64,000 nucleotides of DNA from Sedimentisphaerales bacterium (GTDB taxonomy: Bacteria > Planctomycetota > Phycisphaerae > Sedimentisphaerales > SM23-30), in NCBI GenBank assembly GCA_963667715.1, contig OY763926.1, positions 2,654,177 through 2,718,176 on the forward strand. Reading direction: 5' to 3'. Position 1 is the first letter of the stretch. Each line of letters starts with the position of its first letter. Positions 36,894 to 46,945 of the stretch are shown in pieces. The notes beneath the pieces were generated by a model that had not been told where the DNA came from, ran no database searches, and worked only from the letters and a program-made list of their open reading frames with translations. Position numbers and translations under genes: made by a program.

Positions 36894-38498
36894 TCAGCGG
36901 GTATAAATTCGGCAGGAGCATTCATTCTCATAATTAGTAACATTCACAGGATCTCCCACCCCCAATTGCTTTTCATATCTGCTAATATCAGCTTCGGTAT
37001 ACATTAGGAAACCTTCTGTATTATCATTGAAAATAACTATTGTATCGTATTTTGAATAATCAAAGGTATCAGAAACCCCATCCTGAGCTTTAGCTACATA
37101 GATACTTATATCATCATTAAAATCTTTAAAAGTATGAACAAAAGGGAAAATGAACCGTCTGGCACGATTATTTGTAATCATTAAGACCGACTTATTAGCA
37201 CAATATTCTTTAAATGCAAAATATGGCTGCTTCATATAATTACCATCAAAACGATGCTTGCTAACAAACTCTCCGGCAAGATTAGTCAATAAAAGGATAA
37301 AAATCATAATAAACACTATTCTTTTCAAGAGCACAGGCTTAATGTTTATTAAGGCAATTGAACAGAATAAATTAACAATTATAAATGTAAAAAAGAGAAA
37401 CTTATTGGATAATAGTGTATTCATTCCTTTGCTGCTTTCGATACCAAAATAGATCAAGAGGTATGCAAAAGAGGATACTATAAATAAAAGCATTCTCTTA
37501 TTCTTAGCAGCAATCATGATACCATAAATGCTAATAGCAATATAAAGCCATGATATAAGTTCTCTTAAAACCATAGGAATAGCCCCTGGCAACCTACTGG
37601 CACTGGTGATCCAAAATAGATGGAAAAGGGTATTAAGAAAACCAATAAAACCACCTTCGGAGTGGAAATAATATACTCCCCGGCCAACTACACCTAGCTG
37701 ATATTGCAAAATAGGGAGCCACGGCAAAAACAGTAATACCGCCCCAAAATACATTACAAAACATAGGAATAACTTTTTCAAATAATCAGACTTGCTCGTA
37801 AAAACAGTAAGCATCAAAAATGTAAACTGAAAAGCTATCACAAATAAATAATGATATAAAGTATACATTCCTATTGCAGTCAATAGAATATAGAAATAAA
37901 AAGAAAGCTTCTTGAAAGAGAAATCCTCAGCAACCTTAAGCATCTGATAAGTTGACACCAAAGATATAGTAAAAAGCATTGGGTATGGCCTAACCATAAT
38001 AGAATACTTGGTAGTATATGATGAAAAGGCAAAAATTGCAGCCAACAAAAATCCGACAGGCTGACTGTAAAGTTTTTTCCCCAATAAATATCCAAATACA
38101 ATAGAAACCATCGAGAAGATAATTGAAATTATCCTCAAACTCATAAGGTCATTGTTAAAGAAGTATATAAAATACCTGATTATATAGTAATATAGAGGAG
38201 GATGCATCCCCCCTGAAAGCTTTAGGGAATCATGCACATCACTTAAACCATAGTTGCTGTCATACTCCAACATCGACTCATAAACAGAAATGGGAATAGG
38301 ATGGTAGCCATCATAAGTAGAATACTCTACCCCCCAACCAGTGATCTGTAGCATACCGACACCAACTTCATCACCTGACAGCGGGAAATCAAGACTATAT
38401 ATAACCCTGGCCGTAAAGGCGAATAACATCAAAAAACATAAAATAACTACGGTTCTGTTTTTAGATACAAGCCAGCCGTTTGCAACTTCCATATACAC
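36894..38498 (-). CDS. Polytopic GT-C-type membrane glycosyltransferase (GT39/ArnT-like)
   Basis: 534 aa with at least 11 TM helices followed by a soluble C-terminal domain. The first loop 'FPLSGDEVGVG' carries an acidic DE motif as in the ArnT/PMT family. The assignment rests on architecture only. Confidence 0.55.
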   Translation of the reverse strand: MYMEVANGWLVSKNRTVVILCFLMLFAFTARVIYSLDFPLSGDEVGVGMLQITGWGVEYSTYDGYHPIPISVYESMLEYDSNYGLSDVHDSLKLSGGMHPPLYYYIIRYFIYFFNNDLMSLRIISIIFSMVSIVFGYLLGKKLYSQPVGFLLAAIFAFSSYTTKYSIMVRPYPMLFTISLVSTYQMLKVAEDFSFKKLSFYFYILLTAIGMYTLYHYLFVIAFQFTFLMLTVFTSKSDYLKKLFLCFVMYFGAVLLFLPWLPILQYQLGVVGRGVYYFHSEGGFIGFLNTLFHLFWITSASRLPGAIPMVLRELISWLYIAISIYGIMIAAKNKRMLLFIVSSFAYLLIYFGIESSKGMNTLLSNKFLFFTFIIVNLFCSIALINIKPVLLKRIVFIMIFILLLTNLAGEFVSKHRFDGNYMKQPYFAFKEYCANKSVLMITNNRARRFIFPFVHTFKDFNDDISIYVAKAQDGVSDTFDYSKYDTIVIFNDNTEGFLMYTEADISRYEKQLGVGDPVNVTNYENECSCRIYTR

Positions 38499-38504
38499 CC
38501 CTGA

Positions 38505-38771
38505 TTACTTTTTTTTCTGCCACATTTCAACATTATTGGCTAATACTTTAATATCCCTTCGCGACATAATATGGTCCATGATCTGCGGATGAATATTTAG
38601 ATTTATCATAGCCTTTTGCACCCGCTGCCAGAGCTGTTCAGTCTTTTTAGGACTTTCACACAAATATAGTTCCGTAATGAGCTCTTGGATACGTTGCAAC
38701 GAAATAGCATCAATATTCTGGTAATAATTATTGATAACCTTTTGCTGATAATTCGAGTAGTCTTTTGCCAT
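38505..38771 (-). CDS. Small hypothetical protein
   Basis: 88-aa ORF packed between the amidase gene (9-nt gap) and the GT-C gene (6-nt gap). It is helical and Q/N/K-rich. I recognised no family. Confidence 0.5.
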   Translation of the reverse strand: MAKDYSNYQQKVINNYYQNIDAISLQRIQELITELYLCESPKKTEQLWQRVQKAMINLNIHPQIMDHIMSRRDIKVLANNVEMWQKKK

Positions 38772-38780
38772 ATCTGAAAA

Positions 38781-39470
38781 TTACCTGTTTATCCCGATCT
38801 TCTTCCAGGAAAAATACTTCCCTGGACATAATGTTCCCTTATCTGCGTCTTTATGACCTATTATTTTATTCCCAGGAATATTATACCTATCGGTCAAAAA
38901 GTCAATCAGTGTTTTTAACGATCTGTACTGAGATTCAGTTGGATAGCCATTCTCAAAATTTCCAACCAGACAGATACCAATATAGTGCTCATTCCAATGA
39001 TTATCATCGTTAACATCGACACGGCAATGTGCTCCATGCTTTTGTTTAAGCCACCTGGAACCTACTTCAACCTGGCCGTCACCTTTTGCAAGGGTACTCA
39101 CACCATTATCGATTACAAAGTGATAGCCAAGTTCGTCCCAGCCCTTCTGTCTGTGCCATTTATCAAAAGTAGCAGCATCACCATAATCGGATGCTGAATG
39201 ATGAACAATAATACCTTCCCAATGCCTCGAACCTTCCAACTGAGCTGGCGGCAGCCATTGAGGATATTTACAGTTTTGACGCAGAACTTTATTTTCAACT
39301 GGACGATATATCTGACCATTACCATTAACATCAAAAACCTTTTCGAATGTTGGTTTCTGAGACGTAGAACTGCCACCGCTATCATAACAGCCGGAAAGTA
39401 ATAAACCGGCAAACATCATAACAATGGTAAACAAATGCACCATAGATAACTTTTTAATAATCACTGCCAC
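38781..39470 (-). CDS. N-acetylmuramoyl-L-alanine amidase (Amidase_2/PGRP fold), probable lipoprotein
   Basis: Lipobox 'LLLSGC'. Amidase_2 blocks are 'IIVHHSASD', 'GYHFVIDNG', 'GAHC' and 'IGICLVGNF'. Confidence 0.85.
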   Translation of the reverse strand: MAVIIKKLSMVHLFTIVMMFAGLLLSGCYDSGGSSTSQKPTFEKVFDVNGNGQIYRPVENKVLRQNCKYPQWLPPAQLEGSRHWEGIIVHHSASDYGDAATFDKWHRQKGWDELGYHFVIDNGVSTLAKGDGQVEVGSRWLKQKHGAHCRVDVNDDNHWNEHYIGICLVGNFENGYPTESQYRSLKTLIDFLTDRYNIPGNKIIGHKDADKGTLCPGKYFSWKKIGINR

Positions 39471-39503
39471 ATACTCCCTTATTACAGCAAAAAAATCCGT
39501 TTA

Positions 39504-39845
39504 TTAAAATTCATTGCAGGCATTTTCCAGACTGTCGAATACCTCGAAAAAGGTATCAAGCTGAGTCGTCTGGAGCAATCTCTCGATAACCACAGGAACA
39601 CTGGTAAGAACAAACCTGGTTTCACTTTTGGTGCATTCTCTATGTGCACGAATCAGACTGCTGATAGCAATACTGCAAATAAAGTCAAGCTGAGTAAGAT
39701 CAACTACAATATTATTACCATGATCACGTATAATATCGTTGAAGGTTTGGTCAAGCTCATCAACGATAAGCATATCGGCCATACCAACCAAAGAGACAAC
39801 AGAAACATTGTCATTATTTACTACATTTATACTGAAATTATCCAT
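39504..39845 (-). CDS. STAS-domain anti-sigma-factor antagonist (RsbV/SpoIIAA-like)
   Basis: 113 aa. 'VVDLTQLDFICSIAISSLI' contains the phosphorylatable-Ser position. The stop of the upstream kinase lies 3 nt before this start. Confidence 0.85.
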   Translation of the reverse strand: MDNFSINVVNNDNVSVVSLVGMADMLIVDELDQTFNDIIRDHGNNIVVDLTQLDFICSIAISSLIRAHRECTKSETRFVLTSVPVVIERLLQTTQLDTFFEVFDSLENACNEF

Positions 39846-39848
39846 ATA

Positions 39849-40262
39849 CTAGCTGCTCCTCTTCTTAATCATGTGAACGATGTTACCCCTGCCCAAATAA
39901 TCAAGGGTATCCATATAGGCCCGCATAAGTAACAATCCACGGCCGCCTGGTCGAGAAATGTTTTCTTCACATCGCGGGTCTGGAACATCTTCAGGCTTGA
40001 ACCCCTTACCCTGATCTTCTACAAAGACCTCTAGACGGGATTCACAAACACAATACCTGACCTTCACTGATTTTGTATCGTCACCACAGTTGCCATGCCT
40101 GACTGCATTTGTAAGAGCTTCTTCCAAGCACAGCTTAATAGCAAACATATCGGCGGAATTATACCCTATATCGGAAGCACCAGTGAGAATCTGCTCTTCA
40201 ATATCTCTCACTTTCTCTAAAGTGCTTAATACGGTAATTTCTGTATATTTTTTCTCAGTCAT
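39849..40262 (-). CDS. Anti-sigma regulatory factor / Ser-Thr protein kinase (RsbW/SpoIIAB-like, HATPase_c_2)
   Basis: 137 aa with N-box 'EEALTNAVRHGN' and G-boxes 'VEDQGKGF' and 'GGRGLLLM'. Confidence 0.85.
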   Translation of the reverse strand: MTEKKYTEITVLSTLEKVRDIEEQILTGASDIGYNSADMFAIKLCLEEALTNAVRHGNCGDDTKSVKVRYCVCESRLEVFVEDQGKGFKPEDVPDPRCEENISRPGGRGLLLMRAYMDTLDYLGRGNIVHMIKKRSS

Positions 40263-40386
40263 AATAAACGTTATTTACATATCCCAGTTAACTTCCGGAA
40301 ACAAGTAATTAAAATTCACACACGCCAAAGCGTACAAATATAGATAATTATAAACTCTCGCTCCTGCCACAGAAGGTAGGGCCAGA

Positions 40387-40770
40387 TCATCTTTCAAAGC
40401 TTTTTATCGCCTGATCCTGTTTTTCGAAAATCATAAACAGCTTATTCAGCTTGGTAATTACGAAAATTTCATATAAAGAAGGAACAATACTGCACATTCT
40501 TAATTTGCCATTATTTTCCTCAATATGTTTATGTATCCTGATAAGCATACCCAAGGCGCTAGAACTGAAATGCTTAACATTCTTAAAACTTATCAGAAGA
40601 TTCAAGCCTGGATTATCATCGATAAGATTCAGGACAGAATCTGTAAGTGATGAAATAACAGCCTCTTCCAGAATTTCTTCTTCCAGGAATTCCACCTGAA
40701 CTATGCCGTCATGATGAGTAACTTCTATTTTAGGCTCACCAGCTTCCATGTATTGTGCCTCTCTTTCCAT
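40387..40770 (-). CDS. STAS-domain protein (second RsbV-like antagonist)
   Basis: 127 aa. 'ISFKNVKHFSSSALGMLIRI' is a STAS Ser motif. An alternative start is ATG 40749, which is preceded by GAGAGG. Confidence 0.8.
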   Translation of the reverse strand: MEREAQYMEAGEPKIEVTHHDGIVQVEFLEEEILEEAVISSLTDSVLNLIDDNPGLNLLISFKNVKHFSSSALGMLIRIHKHIEENNGKLRMCSIVPSLYEIFVITKLNKLFMIFEKQDQAIKSFER

Positions 40771-41011
40771 GCTAGTTTTAGAACTAACAAATGAAATAAT
40801 AACTAATTATGAAATATATTTATAAGATTTTAGTTTGCTTTGACACTTAAAACAAGCAAAATCACAGAATTGACAATAACTTCAATAATTCACCATAAAT
40901 AACTACTGTTAGACAACTTACAAAAATAGAAATCTTTATAAAACAAACAATAACGACCATAGTATTAAGAAACAATTGGTAATAGAGGTAAAGATAGCTA
41001 AAATATCAGCC

Positions 41012-42403
41012 ATGTATAAGATATTATTAGCATTACGATACCTGATAAGGAGACCAATGGCACTGTTTGCAGTCGGGTCAGTATCGCTATGTATAGTCTT
41101 AATGGTAATAATCACTAGCCTGTTTCACGGCTTTCTTGACCTGTATAATGGCTACTGGCAATATGAATTCGGACAGGTTAAATTAGTGCCCGCTGGAGAG
41201 ATATCAGACTTCAGTCAGGCCGCTGACTATCTCGAAAGCCAACCAGAAATAGACTATGTTCGAATCTCGACCACATCACAAGGCCTCCTGTTTTTGTCTA
41301 ACGGCAACGTCAAACTTATAACCATAAAAGGCATCGACCTGACAAGAGAAAAGAGGGCCGATCAGTTCAGTGGTGGATTATTTAATATTAATGGGGCAAG
41401 CGATAGATTTGAGCTATCCGAGGAAACAGAAGCTAAAGCTGAAACATGGTTAGCCGCTAAGCTTCGTCAAGAGCTAACCGAGGAAGATAAGCCGGCAGCT
41501 ATCCCCTGCATAATGTCCGTTGGCCTGCTAGGCGAAGTTGATCCTCAAACAGACAAATATGACAAAACTGCTATATCTGATGAGATTTCTCAATGGAAAA
41601 GGCCTGCATTTATATTTACTGCTCAAAGCGGCAATGAAAGTGACGCCACCCTTGCCAAAAGAAAAAATATCAGATGCTGGCCTATTGATGTAATAGAGAC
41701 TGGTTCAAATCATCTGGACGAGATGGTGTTATACATGCCCTTTGAAAGTGTGATCAAAGAGTTTGGCACTGATGGCCGTATGCTGATCGTTGGCAAAAAA
41801 GGCGTAAGCGACTCTGACCTTGCTCAGGCTGTAAAAAAACACTGGACTACATACGCTCTCGATGTACTTGGGCAGGATATCAATACTATCAGCCAGGGAG
41901 GCCTGTCGATCTCAAGCGAGCAGCCCTGGGTTAAAATGTTTAATCGCGAGATACAGAAACAGCTCGCAACCATGCAGGTGATCCTGGGATTTGTCTGTAT
42001 GATAGCAGCGGTACTGATATTTGTAATTATTATGATGTTGGTAATACAGAAAAGGCGTGATATTGGCATTATCCGTGCTGTTGGCACGCCGTGGAGCTCT
42101 GTATTGAGCCTGTTCATTAACTACGGAATCATGATCGGCCTAAGTGGTACAGTCCTCGGGCTGATAATCGGGATATGGGCAGTAAACAATATAGAACTTC
42201 TGGAAGGTGGCTTATCCGCCCTTCTGGGCTTTAAGATCTGGAAATCAGGCAGCTATGGCTTTAGCCAGATACCAAACTGGGTCCACTATGGAAGTCTATG
42301 GTGGATTATCATATCTGGCATATGTACAGCTGGCCTGGGGGCGGCAATACCAGCATTCAAAGCGGCACGGATACAACCCGCAGAATCACTTCGTTTTGAG
42401 TGA
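41012..42403 (+). CDS. FtsX-like ABC transporter permease (LolC/E-type, MacB-like periplasmic domain)
   Basis: The N-terminus 'MYKILLALRYLIRRPM' is typical of the family. A large periplasmic domain is followed by a C-terminal FtsX module ('QKRRDIGIIRAVGTPWSSVLSLF') and the tail 'AARIQPAESLRFE'. The ORF-track start 40976 adds 12 atypical residues. Confidence 0.8.
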   Translation: MYKILLALRYLIRRPMALFAVGSVSLCIVLMVIITSLFHGFLDLYNGYWQYEFGQVKLVPAGEISDFSQAADYLESQPEIDYVRISTTSQGLLFLSNGNVKLITIKGIDLTREKRADQFSGGLFNINGASDRFELSEETEAKAETWLAAKLRQELTEEDKPAAIPCIMSVGLLGEVDPQTDKYDKTAISDEISQWKRPAFIFTAQSGNESDATLAKRKNIRCWPIDVIETGSNHLDEMVLYMPFESVIKEFGTDGRMLIVGKKGVSDSDLAQAVKKHWTTYALDVLGQDINTISQGGLSISSEQPWVKMFNREIQKQLATMQVILGFVCMIAAVLIFVIIMMLVIQKRRDIGIIRAVGTPWSSVLSLFINYGIMIGLSGTVLGLIIGIWAVNNIELLEGGLSALLGFKIWKSGSYGFSQIPNWVHYGSLWWIIISGICTAGLGAAIPAFKAARIQPAESLRFE

Positions 42404-42462
42404 CCAAGACTATGCTACGTATCCAATATGAATAGAATTTAGCTAAACACCAAGGGAAAAGA

Positions 42463-43620
42463 ATGAATAATTTTGTATACAACAATCCAACTAAGATCGT
42501 ATTTGGCAAAGGTGTAATCGATACATTAGGTTCAGAACTTCAAAATATTGGTGCTAAAAAGGTATTACTGGTCTACGGTCAGAACAGTATAAAAAACAAT
42601 GGTGTTTACGATAAGATAATACACCAGCTCAGTACCTCAAAAGTTGAGTTTGTAGAATATAGCGGTGTTCGAGGTAATCCGCTACTGTCGCATACCAGAG
42701 TAGGCATAGAACTCGCTCGCAGCAGCGGTGTGGATACAATTTGTGCTGTCGGCGGCGGTAGTGTAATTGATGAGGCTAAGGCTATTTCTATCGGTGTCTG
42801 CACTGAAGATGACATATGGGAATACTATGCTAAACGTAAAACTGTTAGCAAGACAATGAGATTAGTCACTGTACTAACCCTACCAGCTACGGGAAGTGAA
42901 GCAAATGGCATATCAGTATTGACAAATGAGGAAACCAATGAAAAAACAGCATTGGTATGTCCCGGTGTGCTAAATCCGGCGATATCATTCCTTGACCCTG
43001 ATACAACATTCTCACTATCCGCCTCACAAACTGCATATGCCTGTGCTGACATCATTTCTCATATGACCGAAGGGTATTTTACTACCACCGATCAGGAAGC
43101 AATCGTACAGGATAAAATACTGGAAGCTGTAATACTGTCTGTTATGGAAGCAATGGCAAATATCCAGAAATCTGCTACTGACTATAATGCCCGGGCTGCA
43201 TTCATGTGGAGCGCCTCGCTTGCCTGGAGCGGCATACTTCACGCAGGTCTGGGCGGTTGCGGTATGCCTTGCCATGCTCTGGAGATGCCTATGAGTGCAG
43301 TATACGACATGGCCCATGGTGCTGGCTTATCTGTAATAATTCCATCATGGATCGAAAAAGCAGGTAACAGACATATCTCAAGATTATCAATGTTCTCAGA
43401 AAGAATACTTGGGCTAAAAAGTAGTAATTCAGCTGAAATAGCTCAGAAACTCAGAGATTATTATAAAGAAATTGGAGCTCCGACAAGCTTCTCTGAAGCA
43501 GGAGTAATGAATCCTGATATAGATTTGATGGCAGAACTGGCATACGAATCTTTCAAGCAAAGAGGCGTAAGCGGATACGATATAGATCTGATAAAAGCTA
43601 TATACCAGATGAGTTTGTAG
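42463..43620 (+). CDS. Iron-containing alcohol dehydrogenase (paralog of 5381-6571)
   Basis: 'CAVGGGSVIDEAKAISI', 'TLPATGSEAN', 'CADIISHMTEGY' and 'HALEMPMSAVYDMAHGAGLS'. Confidence 0.9.
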   Translation: MNNFVYNNPTKIVFGKGVIDTLGSELQNIGAKKVLLVYGQNSIKNNGVYDKIIHQLSTSKVEFVEYSGVRGNPLLSHTRVGIELARSSGVDTICAVGGGSVIDEAKAISIGVCTEDDIWEYYAKRKTVSKTMRLVTVLTLPATGSEANGISVLTNEETNEKTALVCPGVLNPAISFLDPDTTFSLSASQTAYACADIISHMTEGYFTTTDQEAIVQDKILEAVILSVMEAMANIQKSATDYNARAAFMWSASLAWSGILHAGLGGCGMPCHALEMPMSAVYDMAHGAGLSVIIPSWIEKAGNRHISRLSMFSERILGLKSSNSAEIAQKLRDYYKEIGAPTSFSEAGVMNPDIDLMAELAYESFKQRGVSGYDIDLIKAIYQMSL

Positions 43621-43646
43621 ATAGAGGAATAGGTATCAAAGGACAC

Positions 43647-44057
43647 TTATGCTTTTTGCATTTTGATTTCTTCGATAACCTCTTCAACCTTGCTCTTGGT
43701 GATAGGCTTGACAATATATGCTTCGCAGCCATTTTTGAAGGATGACATAATAGTATCTTTAATAGACAAAGCACTGATCATAATCACAGCAGCTTCTTTG
43801 CCATGGTCGTGTTTGTATACTTTATTATTCTTTTCCCACTGGCGAATCTTCTTAACAATTTCATCGCCTTTCACATTAGGCATATCAATATCCATAGTGA
43901 TAACATCATAAGGAATATTTTCCTGATGAGCTGAAAGAAACAGCTGATAAGCAATTTCGCCGTTAGGAGCACAATCGCAATCCCCATACTGACCAAAAAT
44001 AGCTTTAATCTGTGACCTGCTGGTATAATTGTCATCAACTATCAATATTCTTAACAT
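43647..44057 (-). CDS. CheY-like single-domain response regulator
   Basis: 'RILIVDDN', 'DVITMDIDMPNVKG' and 'AYIVKP'. Confidence 0.9.
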   Translation of the reverse strand: MLRILIVDDNYTSRSQIKAIFGQYGDCDCAPNGEIAYQLFLSAHQENIPYDVITMDIDMPNVKGDEIVKKIRQWEKNNKVYKHDHGKEAAVIMISALSIKDTIMSSFKNGCEAYIVKPITKSKVEEVIEEIKMQKA

Positions 44058-44223
44058 TTCTATACACCCTCAATTGAATATATAATTCTTATCACTACCA
44101 ATCATATTATCGTTCAGAAAATACAGCATAATTAATAAAAAACTCTATAATTAACTCCATTACCAGCTGGACAATTTTAGGCTTTAACTCCCCATCTGAA
44201 AACTTAATTTGAAATAGTAACAC

Positions 44224-46929
44224 TTAAATATCAGCTTGAGATTTTAGCCCTTCAAACTCTGACCGTAAATTATTCAATATACTTAGCATTCCATCATCAA
44301 CACTATTTTTTGCCATATCTTCCAATTTGCCAGCATGTTGCGAAATTCCATCAGCGGCAATACAAGCAGCACCGCCCTTAATTTTATGAGCTTGAGTACA
44401 GATAAAGTCAAAGTCTTTTGTATTTACAGCCGATTCAATCTGCGTTATAAGACTATCAACATCAGTTATATAATTTTTAATGGACATATTTAGCAGCATC
44501 TCATTATCACCAAATAATTCCAACGCAAGTTTTTTATCCCATGGTGTGCCCTGTTCCTGTTGCATCGAATTATCGGAACCTGACTCGATACTTTTTCCAC
44601 TATCTTCATTTACCCCAGTGTTAACTGCTGAACCCAAACTATCATCGAGCCATTTTTCTATTACCGCTGCAAGTTTAGCGATTTTTAGAGGCTTACAGAC
44701 AATATCGCTCATTCCAGCACTATAACACTCATTTTTTATCTCCTGCTCAACGCTGGCAGTCATTGCAATAACTGGCACCTCATTTTTCGGAGATTTCATT
44801 GACCTGATTAGTCTGGTCGCTGTTATTCCATCCATAACTGGCATTTGCAGGTCCATAAGTATAATATCATATTCACGTTCTTTGGCCATATCAACCGCCT
44901 GACGGCCATGCTCGGCAAGATCACAGACTATATTGAGCTTACCTAACTGGCTAATAATAAGATTCTGATTAGTTAGATAATCTTCTACTAATAAAACCTT
45001 AGCTCCATCAAAGTTACAACTAACCATCATATCTCGCGCAACTGATGTTTCTTTTTTGATTGCATCGATCTGTTCTTGGCTGCATAGCTTCATAGGCAGC
45101 TCAAACCAGAATGTTGACCCAACTCCCTCAGTACTCTCAAGGCCCATTTGGCCACCCATAAGTCCGACAATATTCTTGGAAATTGTTGTCCCCAGACCAG
45201 TTCCACCATAATTCCTGGAAATACTGCTGTCAGCCTGAATATAGCTGTCAAAAATCGAATCCTGCTTTTCCTTTGAAATACCTATACCAGTATCAGTAAC
45301 ACTAAACTTGAGCTTTGTATAATGTTCATCCAAAGCCTCTGCATTCACTGCAAGTACTACTTTTCCGGAATTTGTAAATTTAATTGCGTTTGATAGCAAG
45401 TTTAAGATTACCTGCCTGAGCCTGAGCTGATCGGTAATTACATAAGCAGGCATATCTTCATGTTGAACTGAAAATGCCAGATCCTTACTAGCCGCTTTTG
45501 GCTGCATTAGCTGTTTAACTGACTTGAGGGTTTGTTTAAGGTCACATGGCTGCAGCTCAATATCAAGCCTGCCAGATTGTATCTTGGCATTATCAAGAAC
45601 ATCATTAAGCAGACAAAGCAAATGCTCTGATTCGTTAAGTATTGTCCGTAGTTTTTCATTATACTGAGGGTTATCATTTTCGATCATAAGCGACTCTGTA
45701 TAGCCCATGATCGCATTTAGCGGAGTTCGCACCTCATGTGAGACGCAAGCCAGCAGATCATCTTTGGCTTTATTGGCATCTTCCGCTTTTTTCTTGGCAA
45801 CTTTAAGCTGCTTTTCTATCTGCTCATAATACATAACTTCGCCGGCAAGCTCGTTACGAGTCATTGTCGTAAGCTGAAGCTTAGAGGCCATTTCGTTGAT
45901 AGTTTTACTAAGTATACCGATCTCGTCAGTTGAACTTACCGCAAGAGAAATATTGTAATCTCCATCTGCAATTTGTTCAGCAGCAGATGTAACAGCCTGA
46001 ATAGGCTTGGTAACCCTTCTTGCAAAAACAACAGATATAGTAACTATAAATATAAGAACAAGTGAAAATATCCCCATAACACTTTTAAGTATCGCTCCAT
46101 GCAAGATACCAGCTTCGGCTGTCTCTCTGAAAAAAACAATATTCCAGCCAAAATCAGCTTCTGGAAATCTACTGCTTACGTGCTTTACATAGAAATTCTT
46201 TTGCACTCCACCAGAACTATAGCCTGCCCGACCATAGTGCTTTCTAGCTAAAAGGTCATTGACCGCATTATCCGGGAATTTTTCAAGCAGATATTCACCT
46301 CGAGGATGCCGGATAATTCTACCTTCCTTATTAGTCAATACGAAATAGGCTTCATCGTTTTCATCTACTTTCAACATATCATCCCATAATGAACCAAGAT
46401 TGATATTAGCGGATAATACCATTTTTACATGATTGCCATCATTTACTGGAACATTAAGCGATATTAGACATTCGGGAATAACCACCCTCATATAAGCCGG
46501 AGAAAAAGTAATCTCCCCCTTGGCAGCGTTTAAATACCAGCTTTTACTTGTCCAACTGCCACTATAATCAAAGTAAACAGAAGTAAGCACCTGCCCTTCA
46601 GTGTCAAGCGCAGTAATATCATCTATATATGGATTACTATCAACAACCCGCCTAATCTCATCAAGCAGATCGTCATCATTTAAATTTTCGTGGGCTAATG
46701 CATAACTCTTGGCCAACAGCTTCATTTGTACCAGAGAAGTTGAAAGTGCATTATCAATTTTATTATCTGCAATATCGACCAGCTTCTGATCGTATTTACT
46801 TTCGTGAGTTTCTAAGACAGACATCTCCTGCATAGAAAATAGAATTGCAGATAAGCCGAAAGGTAAAATAGCAGCAATTACAAATACCAGTGCTAGTTTA
46901 TAAATAAGACTATTATAAAAGAATCGCAT
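44224..46929 (-). CDS. Hybrid sensor histidine kinase (Cache-like periplasmic domain, HAMP, HisKA, HATPase, REC, HPt)
   Basis: Two TM helices flank a ~250-aa extracytoplasmic domain. HAMP: 'DEIGILSKTINEM'. H-box: 'SHEVRTPLNAIMGY'. N/G boxes: 'NLLSNAIKFT' and 'DTGIGI..GGTGLGTTI'. REC: 'DIILMDLQMPVMDG'. HPt: 'AHKIKGGAA'. Confidence 0.9.
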   Translation of the reverse strand: MRFFYNSLIYKLALVFVIAAILPFGLSAILFSMQEMSVLETHESKYDQKLVDIADNKIDNALSTSLVQMKLLAKSYALAHENLNDDDLLDEIRRVVDSNPYIDDITALDTEGQVLTSVYFDYSGSWTSKSWYLNAAKGEITFSPAYMRVVIPECLISLNVPVNDGNHVKMVLSANINLGSLWDDMLKVDENDEAYFVLTNKEGRIIRHPRGEYLLEKFPDNAVNDLLARKHYGRAGYSSGGVQKNFYVKHVSSRFPEADFGWNIVFFRETAEAGILHGAILKSVMGIFSLVLIFIVTISVVFARRVTKPIQAVTSAAEQIADGDYNISLAVSSTDEIGILSKTINEMASKLQLTTMTRNELAGEVMYYEQIEKQLKVAKKKAEDANKAKDDLLACVSHEVRTPLNAIMGYTESLMIENDNPQYNEKLRTILNESEHLLCLLNDVLDNAKIQSGRLDIELQPCDLKQTLKSVKQLMQPKAASKDLAFSVQHEDMPAYVITDQLRLRQVILNLLSNAIKFTNSGKVVLAVNAEALDEHYTKLKFSVTDTGIGISKEKQDSIFDSYIQADSSISRNYGGTGLGTTISKNIVGLMGGQMGLESTEGVGSTFWFELPMKLCSQEQIDAIKKETSVARDMMVSCNFDGAKVLLVEDYLTNQNLIISQLGKLNIVCDLAEHGRQAVDMAKEREYDIILMDLQMPVMDGITATRLIRSMKSPKNEVPVIAMTASVEQEIKNECYSAGMSDIVCKPLKIAKLAAVIEKWLDDSLGSAVNTGVNEDSGKSIESGSDNSMQQEQGTPWDKKLALELFGDNEMLLNMSIKNYITDVDSLITQIESAVNTKDFDFICTQAHKIKGGAACIAADGISQHAGKLEDMAKNSVDDGMLSILNNLRSEFEGLKSQADI

Positions 46930-46945
46930 TATTACTCCGGAAGCC

